Of a stretch of DNA of 64,000 nt, positions 27,001-36,000 are shown piece after piece. Below the pieces are notes generated by a model. The model searched no databases. It was given only the letters and a program-made list of their open reading frames with translations, and had not been told where the DNA came from. The position numbers and the translations under genes are program-made. Each line of letters starts with the position of its first letter. Within the stretch, counting starts at the first letter, position 1. Source of the DNA: a virus. Lineage: Duplodnaviria > Caudoviricetes. Where the stretch lies: positions 96,001 to 160,000 of the IMG/VR virus record IMGVR_UViG_3300033273_000282. The stretch is one strand, 5' to 3'.

Positions 27001-30000
27001 CGTTGCTAGCAGCATCACATCTCTGATGTCTATCGTAACCGATGCTGTTGCTTCTGGCGCTAACGGTCCATTCGCTAACATCACAAGAACTGTTCCTAAC
27101 AACAGCATCTACCATATCGGTGGAGAGGAAGAAGAGACTATCGTTGCTATTCAATATGCTAGAGATCTGGCTAAGCAAGCAGTTGTCAATCAACTCCCAT
27201 ACACTGATATTACGATTACCCTTGACATTGGTGGTTGTGCCGACGTTAAGTCCACGATTGATACCTTAGCTCAAGTTGTTTGGGGTGGTATTGATAATCC
27301 TTCCAGTATTCCCGATAGAAACCCAGGTTACTATCCAGAGGTTGCCAATTCTACTCCTATCGGCGGTCTAAACGCTGGTGAAGACTACTACATCATCAGA
27401 GTCGATGATGACAACCTTAAATTGGCAACAACTAAAGCTAATGCTCTTGCTGGTACCGCAGTTCCTCTGACTGGACTTTCAACTGGCGAGAAACACAAAC
27501 TGATTGTCGCATTCGACGATGAAACAACTGATTATCAGTTAAGATTTAGAGATGCTGCGGTAACACCACAAAACAAGAATCAGTTGATGGTTGTCATCAA
27601 CGGTATTGTTCAAAACCCCGTTTCCTACAGTGTATCTGGTAGCACGCTCACATTTACTGAGCCTCCTATCAAAAACTCTGTTTGTATCATCATGTACTAT
27701 CAACGTGCTGATATTAGCGGTAACTTCCAACTGGATGTCTTCGGTGATGTTATTACTTCGCTGAATACTACAGATGGCATCTATCAGGGCAGTGGTTATA
27801 CCGCTGGTGTTTATAATGCTGTTCCTCTGATCAATAAGCGTGGTAACACTGGTAGTGGTGCTACTGCCGACATTACAATCACCAATGTTCTCGATACGGC
27901 TACTAACGTAACCGCTGATAGATTTGGCGATGCTCGTGTACTGATCAACAACAACGCAGTTCTCATCGCAGATGTTGCTGTTGGTTTGATGAACAAGTTT
28001 GGTACTCCTGTAGCGAATCGTTTCGCTGATGCCGCTACTCTGATCACAACCAATAAGAACTTCATCGCTAACGAAGCCGTTGAGCGTATGCTGCTTGACA
28101 TTCCTTATGAGGTTCAGAGCAACAGACACTTTGACGCATACAACACAATCCTCGCTAATAAGAACCTGCTGGCACACGAAGCTTATCACCTGATGAGCAC
28201 CGTAGACTTCCCTGGTTTCACAACCCCAACAGGTGATCCTCAGGATTGTATTGATGACCTTCTGGACATCGTAGATGCTGTAGCATTTAACGTTCTCCAT
28301 GGTGCTAACAATAAAGTCTGGGATGCTGCCAATTATTACGTTGGCACAACCCACATTGATGGCGAAGAACAAGAAACTCTTGCTGCTATTGCCAGACTTG
28401 AAGAACTGATGGAACTGGCTATCGATAACCAGACAATTACCATCAGTGGTTCTCATGGATACACCCAGACGATCGATAGCGGAATCACCAACGTATCTGG
28501 CGGTTGTACAAACGTAATCGCTGGTGTCAATACTCTGATCAATATCATTGAGTTGGCAATCCAAACAGATCTGATGACTCATGCCACCAGAACTGAACCC
28601 GCTGCTTTCACTGTACCTAATGGCAATATCAACTGTATTGATGACGTTGTTGATGTTATGGAAGCGCTTTCCATCAATGTCAAGTATGGCTCTAACAGCG
28701 AGATCTATGATGCTGCTGCTTACTACGTAGGCACCTCACATCTGGATGGGGAAGAAATTCACTCTAAGTACGTTTATAGAGAAGCAACCAAAATTGCTAA
28801 GGAAGTAATCGACAATACTTCTGTTACCGTTCGCGGTAGTCATGGCATTGCTCAGGTTACAGATTCTAGCATCACTAACGTTGTTGGTGGTTGTACAAAC
28901 GTAACTGCTGCGATTGATACTCTGATGAACATCATCGAAGTTGCGATCGACACCGATTCCCTCTCTACATTTACTAGAACTGCTCCTACTGGATTTAACT
29001 CTCCTGGTATTGGTGATGCTCAGTGTAAATCTGACACTGTTGATATCCTGCGTGCTGTTGGCGTTAACGTAGCATTCGGTGGTAACCACATTCTGTGGGA
29101 TAACCTCGATATGTACTTCAATGGAGGTCATGTACAGGGTGAAGAAGCCGAGACTCAATACGTGTTTGAAGAAGCACGTCAGATGGTCAAGAAGGCAATT
29201 AACAATGAAACTTATGAGACCTATCCACAGTATAACTTCAGCACAAGAAGTCAGTATAAAGATCCTAGCATTACTTCAATTTCTGGCGGTTGTACAAATG
29301 TAATTTCTGCTATTGAAACCCTGATGGATTTTGCCTACACCGTTATCGGTCAGGGCAACTTTAATACCTTTACTAGAACTGTTGGTCAGTGTGGTGATGG
29401 TTATGAAAATTCTCCAACAATCACTCAATCTGGATACACTGCTGCTGTTGACGGTGAAGTTACTGCGGTTCTGTCTGCTGAAGGCTTCATTAAGAGCATC
29501 GCAGTTAACCAAGCAGGAGTTGGATACACCAATGCTCCAACTGTTGTAATTAAGTCTAACAGCGGTTTCAATGCCACTGCTACTGCTACAGTTTCTGGTG
29601 GTGCGGTCACTGGAATCAATGTTACTTACGGTGGATATGGTTATGATGATGTTGTTGTCGAACTGATACCAAACCCAGCAGACACAATTACAACTACCGC
29701 TCTGGCTTCTGCTACCGTCGGTAGATTTATCGAACGCCTTGAGGTTCAACTTACAGGTAAAGACTACAACCAAGCACCTACCCTGACATTCACTGGTGGC
29801 AATCCAACAACTGCTGCTACCAATCCTATTGCTAGACTCACAGGTGCCGTTACCGATATAACTCTGGTTAGCGGTGGTTCTGGTTACCTCAATACCGACA
29901 TGCTTGGCGTTGACGCTGCTGACGTTGGTGGCACTGTCGTCAACTCCTTCCAAGTTGAAGTTGGCACAGTTACCTTCGATGGCGTACAGACTGCGTTCAA

Positions 30001-31390
30001 CGCTAAAGTTGGTGGCACTGGATATAACCTGCCAGGTAACGATAGATTCCTGCTGTTCCTCAACTCTCACATTCAGGAACTGGGTGTTTCCTACTCCTAC
30101 ACAGGAACTCCTTCTGTAATCACATTTACAGAAGCTCCTCTGGGCAACATGGACTTCTACTGCTTCTACGTTGGTCAGTTGAGAGATCTGGATCCTATTG
30201 CTCCATTCTTCGATAATACTAGAAAAACGTTCATTCTCAAGAAGAACGATCAGCCATTCTCGCTGGAATCCGATTCACCTGCTGTTATCCCAGCAAACAA
30301 CTTGATCATCTTCCTGAATGGTGTGTATCAAGAACCAGAAGTCTCCTATATTCTTAACGGTTCCATCCTGGAATTCACCGAGGCACCAAGAGCAGGTTCT
30401 GAGTGTCTGATCTTTATCTTCACTGGTTCCGACACTGATATCACTGTTGAGGATACTTACAACAGCGTTGACCCAGGTGACCTGTTGAGAATCGATTCGG
30501 AAGGTCAAGATCGTATCTTGGCTCAAATCGCATCCTCCAGTTCGCTCGAAACATACGAGTACACTGGTCTCCAACCATCAGTTGCTTCTTTTGAGTCTGT
30601 AGTTGTTGGGGGTAAGGTTGTCAAGGTTAACATTATTGATCCTGGTGGCAACTATGAATACCCACCATTCCTCTCCTTCAATGGCGGTGGTGGCACTGGC
30701 GCTAGCGCTAGAACAGTTATTGAGCAAGGTAGCGGTAAGGTTATTGATGTAATCGACCTTAAGGGTGGTTCAAATTACATCAACGCCCCAACCGTACAAA
30801 CCTTCCATCCAGTTGCTGTCGAAAGAACGCAAAGAGATCGCGCCATTTCTAATGGTAGATTCCTCTATAGCGCAATTCTTTCTTCCTCGATTACAGATAT
30901 CGCAACTACCATTCCTTGCCAAGACTTTGGCTATGATGCTGGTGAAGGTTTCCCAAGTAACGGTGAAATTATGATCCCTTACTGGAATGGTAGCAATTGG
31001 AGTGTTGAAAGAATTCTTTATGGTACTGTTGATTACAATGCTAATACATTCACAGTAACTACTAATGGTAGAGGTTATAAGCGCACTGGTCCTAGCCTGG
31101 GTGTTGGTCACAATATCAGCATCGAGAATGGCACATGGAGCGCAAATGGTGTTGTAGTTTCTGTAAGCATGTCTAATGATCACCATCTCCAGACTGGTAT
31201 GGAAAGGTACATTAAGTTTACCTCTGGTGGTGCTGTACCTGGAGGTGGTGGTGCTACTTACAGTAATCTTGACGGTGTATACAAAATCACCAGAACAGGA
31301 GATCAAACCTTTACAATCACCACGACCGTGCCTCTCCAAGAGACTAGTCAAACACTCCAGATTCGTCCTATCGTCAGACTCTACGCATAA
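18047..31390 (+). CDS. gp7: Giant baseplate wedge protein, gp7-like (4447 aa), with many inserted modules
   Basis: Position between gp6 and gp8. N-terminal LPQFIREDYPDFIQFLKYYY...FYAAKGTSRSFKYLMRVLFG; HPAGFKV; GGxxY Gly-rich modules, split YHYH-like domain, Cys-bearing helical repeats. Confidence 0.8.
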   Translation: MAVERSSWRVASWQTPSTQVGVSPIDATVSPEVKDRISDRVEEFLPQFIREDYPDFIQFLKYYYRSQELKGNPLDIIGNFDDYYNIDNLNDLVESTVTSGSVSIDASIIDVQNTKDFPSEGLILIDEEIIYYREKTNTQFRGCVRGFHATTNIGLIKEYTFAESEPAEHTFQSEVINLNNFFALFILERFRTQFSESFPNKFADGIRDSSVTKRLKDFYAAKGTSRSFKYLMRVLFGVESTILYPKDRIFKPSDAYYSTREIIRAKAISGNPVELTGEVLYQDADPNDPNVGNARIYVKTVVEVFTEDGKIYELDVDTENGTGSFTTPYKTILAEDTSSNLSQDFITVDSTLGWPETKGSFRINNEVFEYDEKTVTQFLGVTRARQDTLAANHLAGSEVISAFGIYGYSNVDGSRIDIAVFGGTRGVNLTNGGKYYVQDSKVTTPAAPGFDSLDPIWSSFIYNVRKLLTGTKIELSSPDSQGRVEALITTSKPHGLRRDDKVVVLNAPEDVYNREFIVVGTANDTQFTVRLPVIPIAGVNVDFLVTREFAKSSSTDTSINLNIKDVPADIQNTYRSDTHAIVASSGLPSHQIGPFAQGIDLDPGNQRYLKRIPLTTLTKSTKTPTPVGQVGIGVNGVPFFSYKSEDFRLYGGVKEISVINAGDGYDITNPPIVEFEQLWKPGTNYFLNQRVRNSVGNRYKNLGSGKSAERGTEPTATDGSLTVDGSCLWELEGVSAEATVSVSGRVFAINVTNGGQNYTTAPTVSISGGNPTVQAAATATITSGVVTAISVTAEGSGYTSVPVVTLSGGGGSGATAEAVVRGGLEADGITITNPGSNYSERPSITLISGTGAVAYPSIVNGKIASIILTYGGKNYYGPPDVIITGDGVGAVAFAEIDSNTQQVTSIRVTNGGIGYTAGKTFVDIVYPGTGASFQVELPILNYNKAATPEEFGLTSAQMTAYKIADAASGVSIKGANFAVYGGEYGYMYNPKKLRFLLKDNVSDGNNSELNPTRHSPIIGWAFDGHPIYGPYGYADKENKNPFNQYKQMVSSYRLRTNRDALVQGLTDRMGTYIEDYEYVEGSGDLDRYNGRYCVTPEFPNGVYAYFCAIDGTTGNPKFPYFIGPEFYSQADSINWTGNGLQRLFTEDAVRYKAPYIAVDEAVVRRKYLGEGTEFLLAMEDATTPIVLENYANNNTEPVYIVFDDVGIGYYDYFPTIKGGKTDSLYVSATNRYFSEGIDQYLIEGAGFGYKVNDRLIFDETGTGGSGISARVGRITGETVSGMTYSVNPDTDVITATITTESDHFIKPDEFIDVTITDNYVNEDIKVKIINDKYHFSYFDATDYRQSSPGRLQQGDLTITGGQDYLNGTYNNIRLSGGSGEGAIANIIVTGGAVTNVTITDQGKNYLDNDVLTVNDAQLGGGGGSGFSIDVGEVLKTGELIDQNWTIFAGSGYTTGVYYNVPLFNGQSSGEGAEFTITVNNNQEVSSVVLTKAGSGYRAGEPLTANNLDIGNGNGFTLTPTQVSIEYTLRASAAHNLKVGDTVVITNSNPAEYDGTFVVTGTSTQRRFQFKNPTSQFVPNEAIPTTTVIYCREPNLNLINGHAYTFDTSDTSNTDRRLEFTFDKENTNIFTYKNITDVDNDPVTGQQLSTQVLIKDIPGTLFYFDINGNVDGSFFSVIQDPYIGSNTVTSVTATTVSFVLPNEPDSGYAKSNGVIYSTSSIYPSGGIASINIGDKGRNYSTLPKFTSVTRSGNGATATCTISGFVEDVAVIENGTGYESSQPPSVYCSLPDFVDLTLDKVFGTFSTGDVVTSEQVLTGDSARGKVISWDANTSTLRVQPLRNNITGATDRGFLMFNQGIAARKNVFSGPNQAEITNVVGTQATVAAIVPASGPELGTISNIAINNSGSHYRKAPTIYIDDPYYGGVKAVTITNQNTSANFQAGTYTGVTQKSVAPTGGIGVEFTVVVDAATFDITSVTVESGDEGSTYSLGDLITISGAQITGGVDGTDDFVVSVSELKFVRPAQTSTTINASIDEVKLTSAGSGYLSAPDVTISGGTGIDAVLRAEIVDESVTKIIIENAGSKFQNAPIIAIRQEIGRGASILLKSSNLGKIINLGGDNITYNYSHDRTLKPEVNTTYNLQLVRTQIVDFFTVTNGGYSFVSTPTIEFVGGGGSGFEAKVNVDNEVIQSIDVVNPGKGFSSTPDVLARVTHQFTPLTSNSTLNFPYNTKIPTGTKVTLVEVDGTLPAPLLTDTTYYAIAPTTANGLGSNQMLLATTLANAVSGSAITLTGVASVGNGGTATFQLTTTDLGDNISVTLTPASFAVGEKVYQGVSTASFNAVGIVKAWDPFGRILSVEVQSGEFELNQPVFGLETKAFGEIHDFDKADATFQVSPIATATAQFKRTTGILDLNEQRLYDSDRFQEFSYVVSSPINVKEWKNQFKKTAHPAGFKVLGTQIISQTAFKRYNASSFYNPANPDPNNWWVQRTGNEYQSFNGTTFFTPKPSASNAGKLSTIQNYFMGKPDYTASVPTNVLVEGKQLLDIQRILSAIVNKLDKIESRTITFDGSDSNVVVTASDQLAVTNHGFITGQKANYSAPADRYQDARELILQNIDYIIDQSVQYLEAQYPALTDGTKPDYDRTICARDLRLVVVAWCNDLRFGGNAFTWDAVQEYIGGVGTIGNRYANARQSILDNKKLIAEEAVGRMLADPNNIAFTVPTGNNQDCIDDVIDVLEALAYNLSFGGNSEVYDAANLYITGAHVSGEETQTVEVFNYARDMAIQAMQNYPINPTYTGESQVFDLTITKDPAGYISDRHADARDLILANKTQIAVTAVDRMLANFPVFSVPTGRTNCEDDIVDILEAVAENMSRGGNDEVWDAANYYVTGTHILGEEVESVYAVEQARDIAVLVIQNKVVSDMAGQVFDLTITDDTAPPDQPGYVKCATQVAAINTLMDMVTAAIQAPLSHLISNRTEKTGGYVASCQNVASSITSLMSIVTDAVASGANGPFANITRTVPNNSIYHIGGEEEETIVAIQYARDLAKQAVVNQLPYTDITITLDIGGCADVKSTIDTLAQVVWGGIDNPSSIPDRNPGYYPEVANSTPIGGLNAGEDYYIIRVDDDNLKLATTKANALAGTAVPLTGLSTGEKHKLIVAFDDETTDYQLRFRDAAVTPQNKNQLMVVINGIVQNPVSYSVSGSTLTFTEPPIKNSVCIIMYYQRADISGNFQLDVFGDVITSLNTTDGIYQGSGYTAGVYNAVPLINKRGNTGSGATADITITNVLDTATNVTADRFGDARVLINNNAVLIADVAVGLMNKFGTPVANRFADAATLITTNKNFIANEAVERMLLDIPYEVQSNRHFDAYNTILANKNLLAHEAYHLMSTVDFPGFTTPTGDPQDCIDDLLDIVDAVAFNVLHGANNKVWDAANYYVGTTHIDGEEQETLAAIARLEELMELAIDNQTITISGSHGYTQTIDSGITNVSGGCTNVIAGVNTLINIIELAIQTDLMTHATRTEPAAFTVPNGNINCIDDVVDVMEALSINVKYGSNSEIYDAAAYYVGTSHLDGEEIHSKYVYREATKIAKEVIDNTSVTVRGSHGIAQVTDSSITNVVGGCTNVTAAIDTLMNIIEVAIDTDSLSTFTRTAPTGFNSPGIGDAQCKSDTVDILRAVGVNVAFGGNHILWDNLDMYFNGGHVQGEEAETQYVFEEARQMVKKAINNETYETYPQYNFSTRSQYKDPSITSISGGCTNVISAIETLMDFAYTVIGQGNFNTFTRTVGQCGDGYENSPTITQSGYTAAVDGEVTAVLSAEGFIKSIAVNQAGVGYTNAPTVVIKSNSGFNATATATVSGGAVTGINVTYGGYGYDDVVVELIPNPADTITTTALASATVGRFIERLEVQLTGKDYNQAPTLTFTGGNPTTAATNPIARLTGAVTDITLVSGGSGYLNTDMLGVDAADVGGTVVNSFQVEVGTVTFDGVQTAFNAKVGGTGYNLPGNDRFLLFLNSHIQELGVSYSYTGTPSVITFTEAPLGNMDFYCFYVGQLRDLDPIAPFFDNTRKTFILKKNDQPFSLESDSPAVIPANNLIIFLNGVYQEPEVSYILNGSILEFTEAPRAGSECLIFIFTGSDTDITVEDTYNSVDPGDLLRIDSEGQDRILAQIASSSSLETYEYTGLQPSVASFESVVVGGKVVKVNIIDPGGNYEYPPFLSFNGGGGTGASARTVIEQGSGKVIDVIDLKGGSNYINAPTVQTFHPVAVERTQRDRAISNGRFLYSAILSSSITDIATTIPCQDFGYDAGEGFPSNGEIMIPYWNGSNWSVERILYGTVDYNANTFTVTTNGRGYKRTGPSLGVGHNISIENGTWSANGVVVSVSMSNDHHLQTGMERYIKFTSGGAVPGGGGATYSNLDGVYKITRTGDQTFTITTTVPLQETSQTLQIRPIVRLYA

Positions 31391-31428
31391 AGTAGCTAAA
31401 GCTCATCCTTGAACCCGCTACACTGTAG

Positions 31429-31457
31429 AGTCTACTCCTGAATCCCTTCTTTGTCAA
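31429..31457 (-). promoter_or_regulatory. Antisense sigma70-type promoter
   Basis: Minus strand TTGACA (31457-31452), 17 nt, TAGACT (31434-31429). Confidence 0.5.
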
Positions 31458-31458
31458 G

Positions 31459-31466
31459 TATAAATA
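31459..31466 (+). promoter_or_regulatory. T4 late promoter TATAAATA
   Basis: Exact gp55-type consensus, 20 nt before gp8. Confidence 0.85.
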
Positions 31467-31485
31467 CATCTAAAAGCTTTGTCTG

Positions 31486-33009
31486 ATGGCTCTTGTAACC
31501 GACAAATTTAGAATCTACGCTGCCGAGGCGTTCCGAAACACCTTGGGCAGCGCAGGCACTGATGCCAACAAAGTTTACCTCTTTGTGGGTAGACCTAAGG
31601 CATGGTCTGGCAATACAGACTCACCCCCAACGGATGAGCCTATTGATTCGTTTACATACCATCGTCAGGTATACTCTGATTCGGTAGCATACAAGCGTGT
31701 AGATATTTCTGACACTGCTCTCGTTATTCCTAGAGTTGACTGGATTGATCCAACGGAAACTACTGGTGGTACTGGTCGTACATACTCCATGTACAAACCA
31801 GATTATTCACCATCAAAGACGACAGCAAATGGCGCGACCCGTTTGTATGACTCTAACTTCTATGTGATGAACTCGGACTTTAATGTCTACAAGTGTCTGT
31901 ATAATGGTCAGACTCCAGAGTTCCCCAAAGGTCGTCCTTCGCTGGTAGAGCCAACTGGCACTTCGACCACGGTTATTGAAACAAACGATTCTGCTGACTA
32001 TAAGTATCGTTGGAAGTATATGTACACCATCGATGCTGACAATATTCTAAAGTTTGTTACTTCTGAGTTTATTCCTGTTCTGGAGAACCCTCTTGTAGAA
32101 GCTGCCGCAGGTGCTGGGTCTGTTGATACTATCGTTATTGAGAATGCTGGTGCTGGTTACAACAATGGTACATATACTAACGTCCCCATTCGCGGAGACT
32201 GGGAAATCAACGGTGGATCTCAAGCCTATTGCTCCATCACTGTGATTTCTGGTTCTATTAGCAATGTTACTGTTACTCAGTCTGGATCTAACTACAGTTT
32301 TGGCACTATTGACGTTGGTCTGATTCCAAACATCGGTACTGGTGCTAACGCTGATCTAGATGTTATTATTCCTCCTAATGGTGGTCATGGTTCTGATGCC
32401 ATCAGAGAACTCGGTTCTTACCGTCTGATGTTTGCTTCTAAACTTGAGACCTCTACTGCTTTTGTTGACTTCCCAACTGACCTCACATTCCGTAGAGTCG
32501 GTCTGGTCCTTAATCCATATGACTACAACACCACAACGGTGTCTTCTCAAAATACAAGATCTGGCGTAAAGGCTATGATCTTCCCACAGTCAGGAACTGG
32601 TTCTCCCAGTGGTACTTTCCAACCTGGCACAACTATTTCTCAGGCAACTACCCTAGCAAAGGGATATGTAGTTTCCTACGATTCTAATACTAAGATTCTA
32701 AAGTATTATCAAGACTCATTTGATGGTACCACTTCTGGTAATATTATTGAGTTTTCTGGTAATTATGAAATCACATCATCTGATTTGATTACTGCCACCC
32801 CTGATTCTACTTTTGGTACAGCATCTGTTCCTAAGAGCCAGATTCAGATCGGTGTTTCTGTCTATGAACTTGGTCTCTCTTTTGTAGAGGGATACGCAAA
32901 CGGTGAAGTTGAAATCAACTCTGGAGAAATCCTCTACATAGATAATAGGAACCCGATTTCCAGATCGGCGGATCAGAACGAAGAGCTCAAAGTAGTAATT
33001 GAATTCTAA
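31486..33009 (+). CDS. gp8: Baseplate wedge subunit gp8
   Basis: ALVTDKFRIYAAEAF...YLFVGRP..W...IPRVDW...NFYVMNSDFNVYKCLYN...YRWKYMYTI...SGEILYIDNR.PISR...Q.EELKVVIEF. Confidence 0.92.
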   Translation: MALVTDKFRIYAAEAFRNTLGSAGTDANKVYLFVGRPKAWSGNTDSPPTDEPIDSFTYHRQVYSDSVAYKRVDISDTALVIPRVDWIDPTETTGGTGRTYSMYKPDYSPSKTTANGATRLYDSNFYVMNSDFNVYKCLYNGQTPEFPKGRPSLVEPTGTSTTVIETNDSADYKYRWKYMYTIDADNILKFVTSEFIPVLENPLVEAAAGAGSVDTIVIENAGAGYNNGTYTNVPIRGDWEINGGSQAYCSITVISGSISNVTVTQSGSNYSFGTIDVGLIPNIGTGANADLDVIIPPNGGHGSDAIRELGSYRLMFASKLETSTAFVDFPTDLTFRRVGLVLNPYDYNTTTVSSQNTRSGVKAMIFPQSGTGSPSGTFQPGTTISQATTLAKGYVVSYDSNTKILKYYQDSFDGTTSGNIIEFSGNYEITSSDLITATPDSTFGTASVPKSQIQIGVSVYELGLSFVEGYANGEVEINSGEILYIDNRNPISRSADQNEELKVVIEF

Positions 33010-36000
33010 ATGGCACAGAATACCAACCTTAATATCTCCCCTTATTTTGACGACTTCGACGAGGATAAGGGGTTTCTAAAGGTACTGTTTAAGCCTGGAT
33101 ACCCAGTCCAAGCCAGAGAACTAACTACCCTACAATCGCTGCTCCAGAACCAAATTAACTCATTTGGTCAGGGTATCTACCGCGAGGGTAGTATGGTTGT
33201 GCCTGGGGGTATTACCCTCAATAAACAGTATCCAGTTGTACTGGTACAAAATAACTACCTCAACCTTCCCGTTGAGCTCTATAGGGAATCTCTGAATAAT
33301 AAAGTTATTAAAGGTTCTAACTCGAACATTCGTGCTAGGGTCAATTTCAGTATTAGTGCCACTGAGTCTGACCGTGGATACGTATCGTTCTACCTGACAT
33401 ATCTGACAAAGGCAGACGACAATACTACTAGCGTCTTCCAGGCTGGCGAAGTTCTGACTTGCGAAGAAGATATTACTTACAGCACATCTACCATTGTTGC
33501 TGGTACACCTTTGGCTCAGTTGCTAAACTCCAACAGCACTGCCATTGCTTCTACCGCCAACATTGGTAGAGGTGTTTATTTTGTTCGTGGTTACTTTGTA
33601 ACTGTACCCGAGCAAACAATTGTTCTTGATCAATACAGCAACAACCCCTCATACAAGGTTGGTCTGAAGGTTGAAGAGAGAATCATCACCGCTGACGAGG
33701 ATGCCAGTCTGTATGATAATGCTATTGGCAGCACTAACTTCTCTGCTCCTGGTGCCGATAGATTCAAGATCAATCTCACCCTGATCAAAAAGGAACTCAA
33801 GGACCCTAACTCTGCTGACTTTATTGAACTTCTCCGTACCAATGAAGGTAAACTGGAGAGTAAGGTAGAGCGTAGTGACCTTAGCTACATCAATGACATC
33901 CTGGCTCTTAGAACTAAGGAAGAGTCTGGTGACTATTATGTCAAGAGATTTAGTATCGATGTCAGAGAGAATCTGAACGATGCTTTCAATAATGGTGTCT
34001 ATGAAGCAGATGCCACTACTCAAGATGGCAATGAACCATCTGAGTCTAAAATGGCAGTACAGATTTCCCCAGGTACCGCCTACATTTCTGGTTATAGAAC
34101 CGAGAAGTTATCAAATACATTTAAGGATTCTGATAAGCCCAGAACATTTACTGCTGCCGATTCCCAGTCATTTGCTTCTGATTTTGGTAACTATGTTCTG
34201 ATTGATGATCTTTATGGTGGTGTTGAACTTTATGACACCATCGAGCTTCGTGATAGAATTGTAACTACCAACGGCACTGCTGCTGGTAATGTTATTGGTC
34301 TTACTAGAGTCTTGGGCTTTAGTTTTGACTCTGGTGTTAGAGATTCAACTAGCACTATCTACCGAGTTAATATCTCGGATACGACGTTGTTTACCACCCT
34401 CACCATGTCTGGTGCGGTAACTTGGGTCCAAGGAACCAAGATTGTAGGTGTCAACTCTGGCGCGTCTGGCTTCGTTAGAACTAATGGTTCTAACTCTACA
34501 TGTACTGTCTACGGTATCACTGGCAACTTTGTTTCTGGTGAAGCTGTTAGATATGAGAATGCTACCAGCAATCTGGGTACAATCTCTTCTGTTTATGGAT
34601 ATCAGTTTAGTGATATCCGTTCTATGTCCCTTAGTGGTACCTTTACTGCTAACATCCTTTTGGATGTACAAGCAACTCTTGCTGCTAATGGTCCTGTTCT
34701 GAGTGGTGTTTCTGGTGGCAATGCCACCGTCACTGCTAGTCTGTCTAATTTTACTGCTCAATTGAGAATCGGTGACATCATTAGATTCTCCAACAATAAC
34801 CAGCAGCATGTCGCTAGAGTTACCGCAGTAACTAATAACTCTAGTTTCACTATTACTAGAGAGGGTTCTACTACTCTGGCTAATGGTGCTGTAACTTCAC
34901 CAATTACTCTGACGAGACCTCAGATTCAGTTCGCTACTAAGCGTGCTCTGATTACTCCTATTCCTAAGGCTGCTGTTAAGTCTACCAGCACAAACAGTCA
35001 AGGTGCTTCTGTAACTCCTTTGGGTTACTTCCGCAAGTCTTACGTTATCCCTTCTTCGGAAATCACTAGCGGTTCGTTCTCTCTTTCTGCTGGATCTAAC
35101 CTCGTGTTTAGAGCAGCGCAAGATGCTGATGACTTCCAAATTATCGTAACCAGTGTAAGTTCTGGCAGTGGTGTTCTCGGTAACACCTACACCTATCCTA
35201 ACTTCACTACATCGACAGGATCTAACTCTGCCTCCGTTTCTGTCTCTGGTCTTCCTACTACAGTAAACGGTTGTATCGTAATTGCTACTGTCTACTCCAG
35301 CAATAGATCTGCTAAGTCCAAGACCACCGAGCGTATGAAGGTGGCTCTGATTAACAGATCTTCTCAGGGTGCTGTTAATGGTCTTACCAGCTACACCGCT
35401 GGTTATGGTACTAGAGTTCAAGATCGTACCATTTCTCTCGGTTGCCCTGACGTATTCAAGGTCAAAGCAATCTACGAATCAAAGGATTCTCAAGATCCCG
35501 TTATCCCACACTTCGCATATACTAACTTAGTTGGTTCTTATGAGATTAACCAGATTTTAACTGGTGCTTCTTCTGGTGCTAAAGCACAGATTGTATCTTT
35601 TGATAGTAACTATGTTTACTTTGTGATGCTGACAGATACTTTGTTTGATAACGCAGAGATTATTACTACTCCTACAACTACTGCTCGTATTGTAGCCAAT
35701 AGCATTCAAGAAGGTAGTTCTAATGTTACTAGCGCTTTTGATCTTGATAATGGTCAAAGAGAGCAGTATTATGACTACTCTAGAATTGTAAGAAAGAGTG
35801 GTTATTCGCCTGTATCCCATAAACTTCTTGTTATCTTTGATAGATTTGTAACCACTGGTGGCGACGGTTTCTATACTGTAGATTCTTATTCTTCTGACGT
35901 TTATAAGGAGATCCCTGAGTTTGAACTTTTCTCTCTGAGAAACGTTCTGGATTTCCGTCCAATGGTCCCAAGCCAGATTTCTGGTTCTGGTACTAGACTG

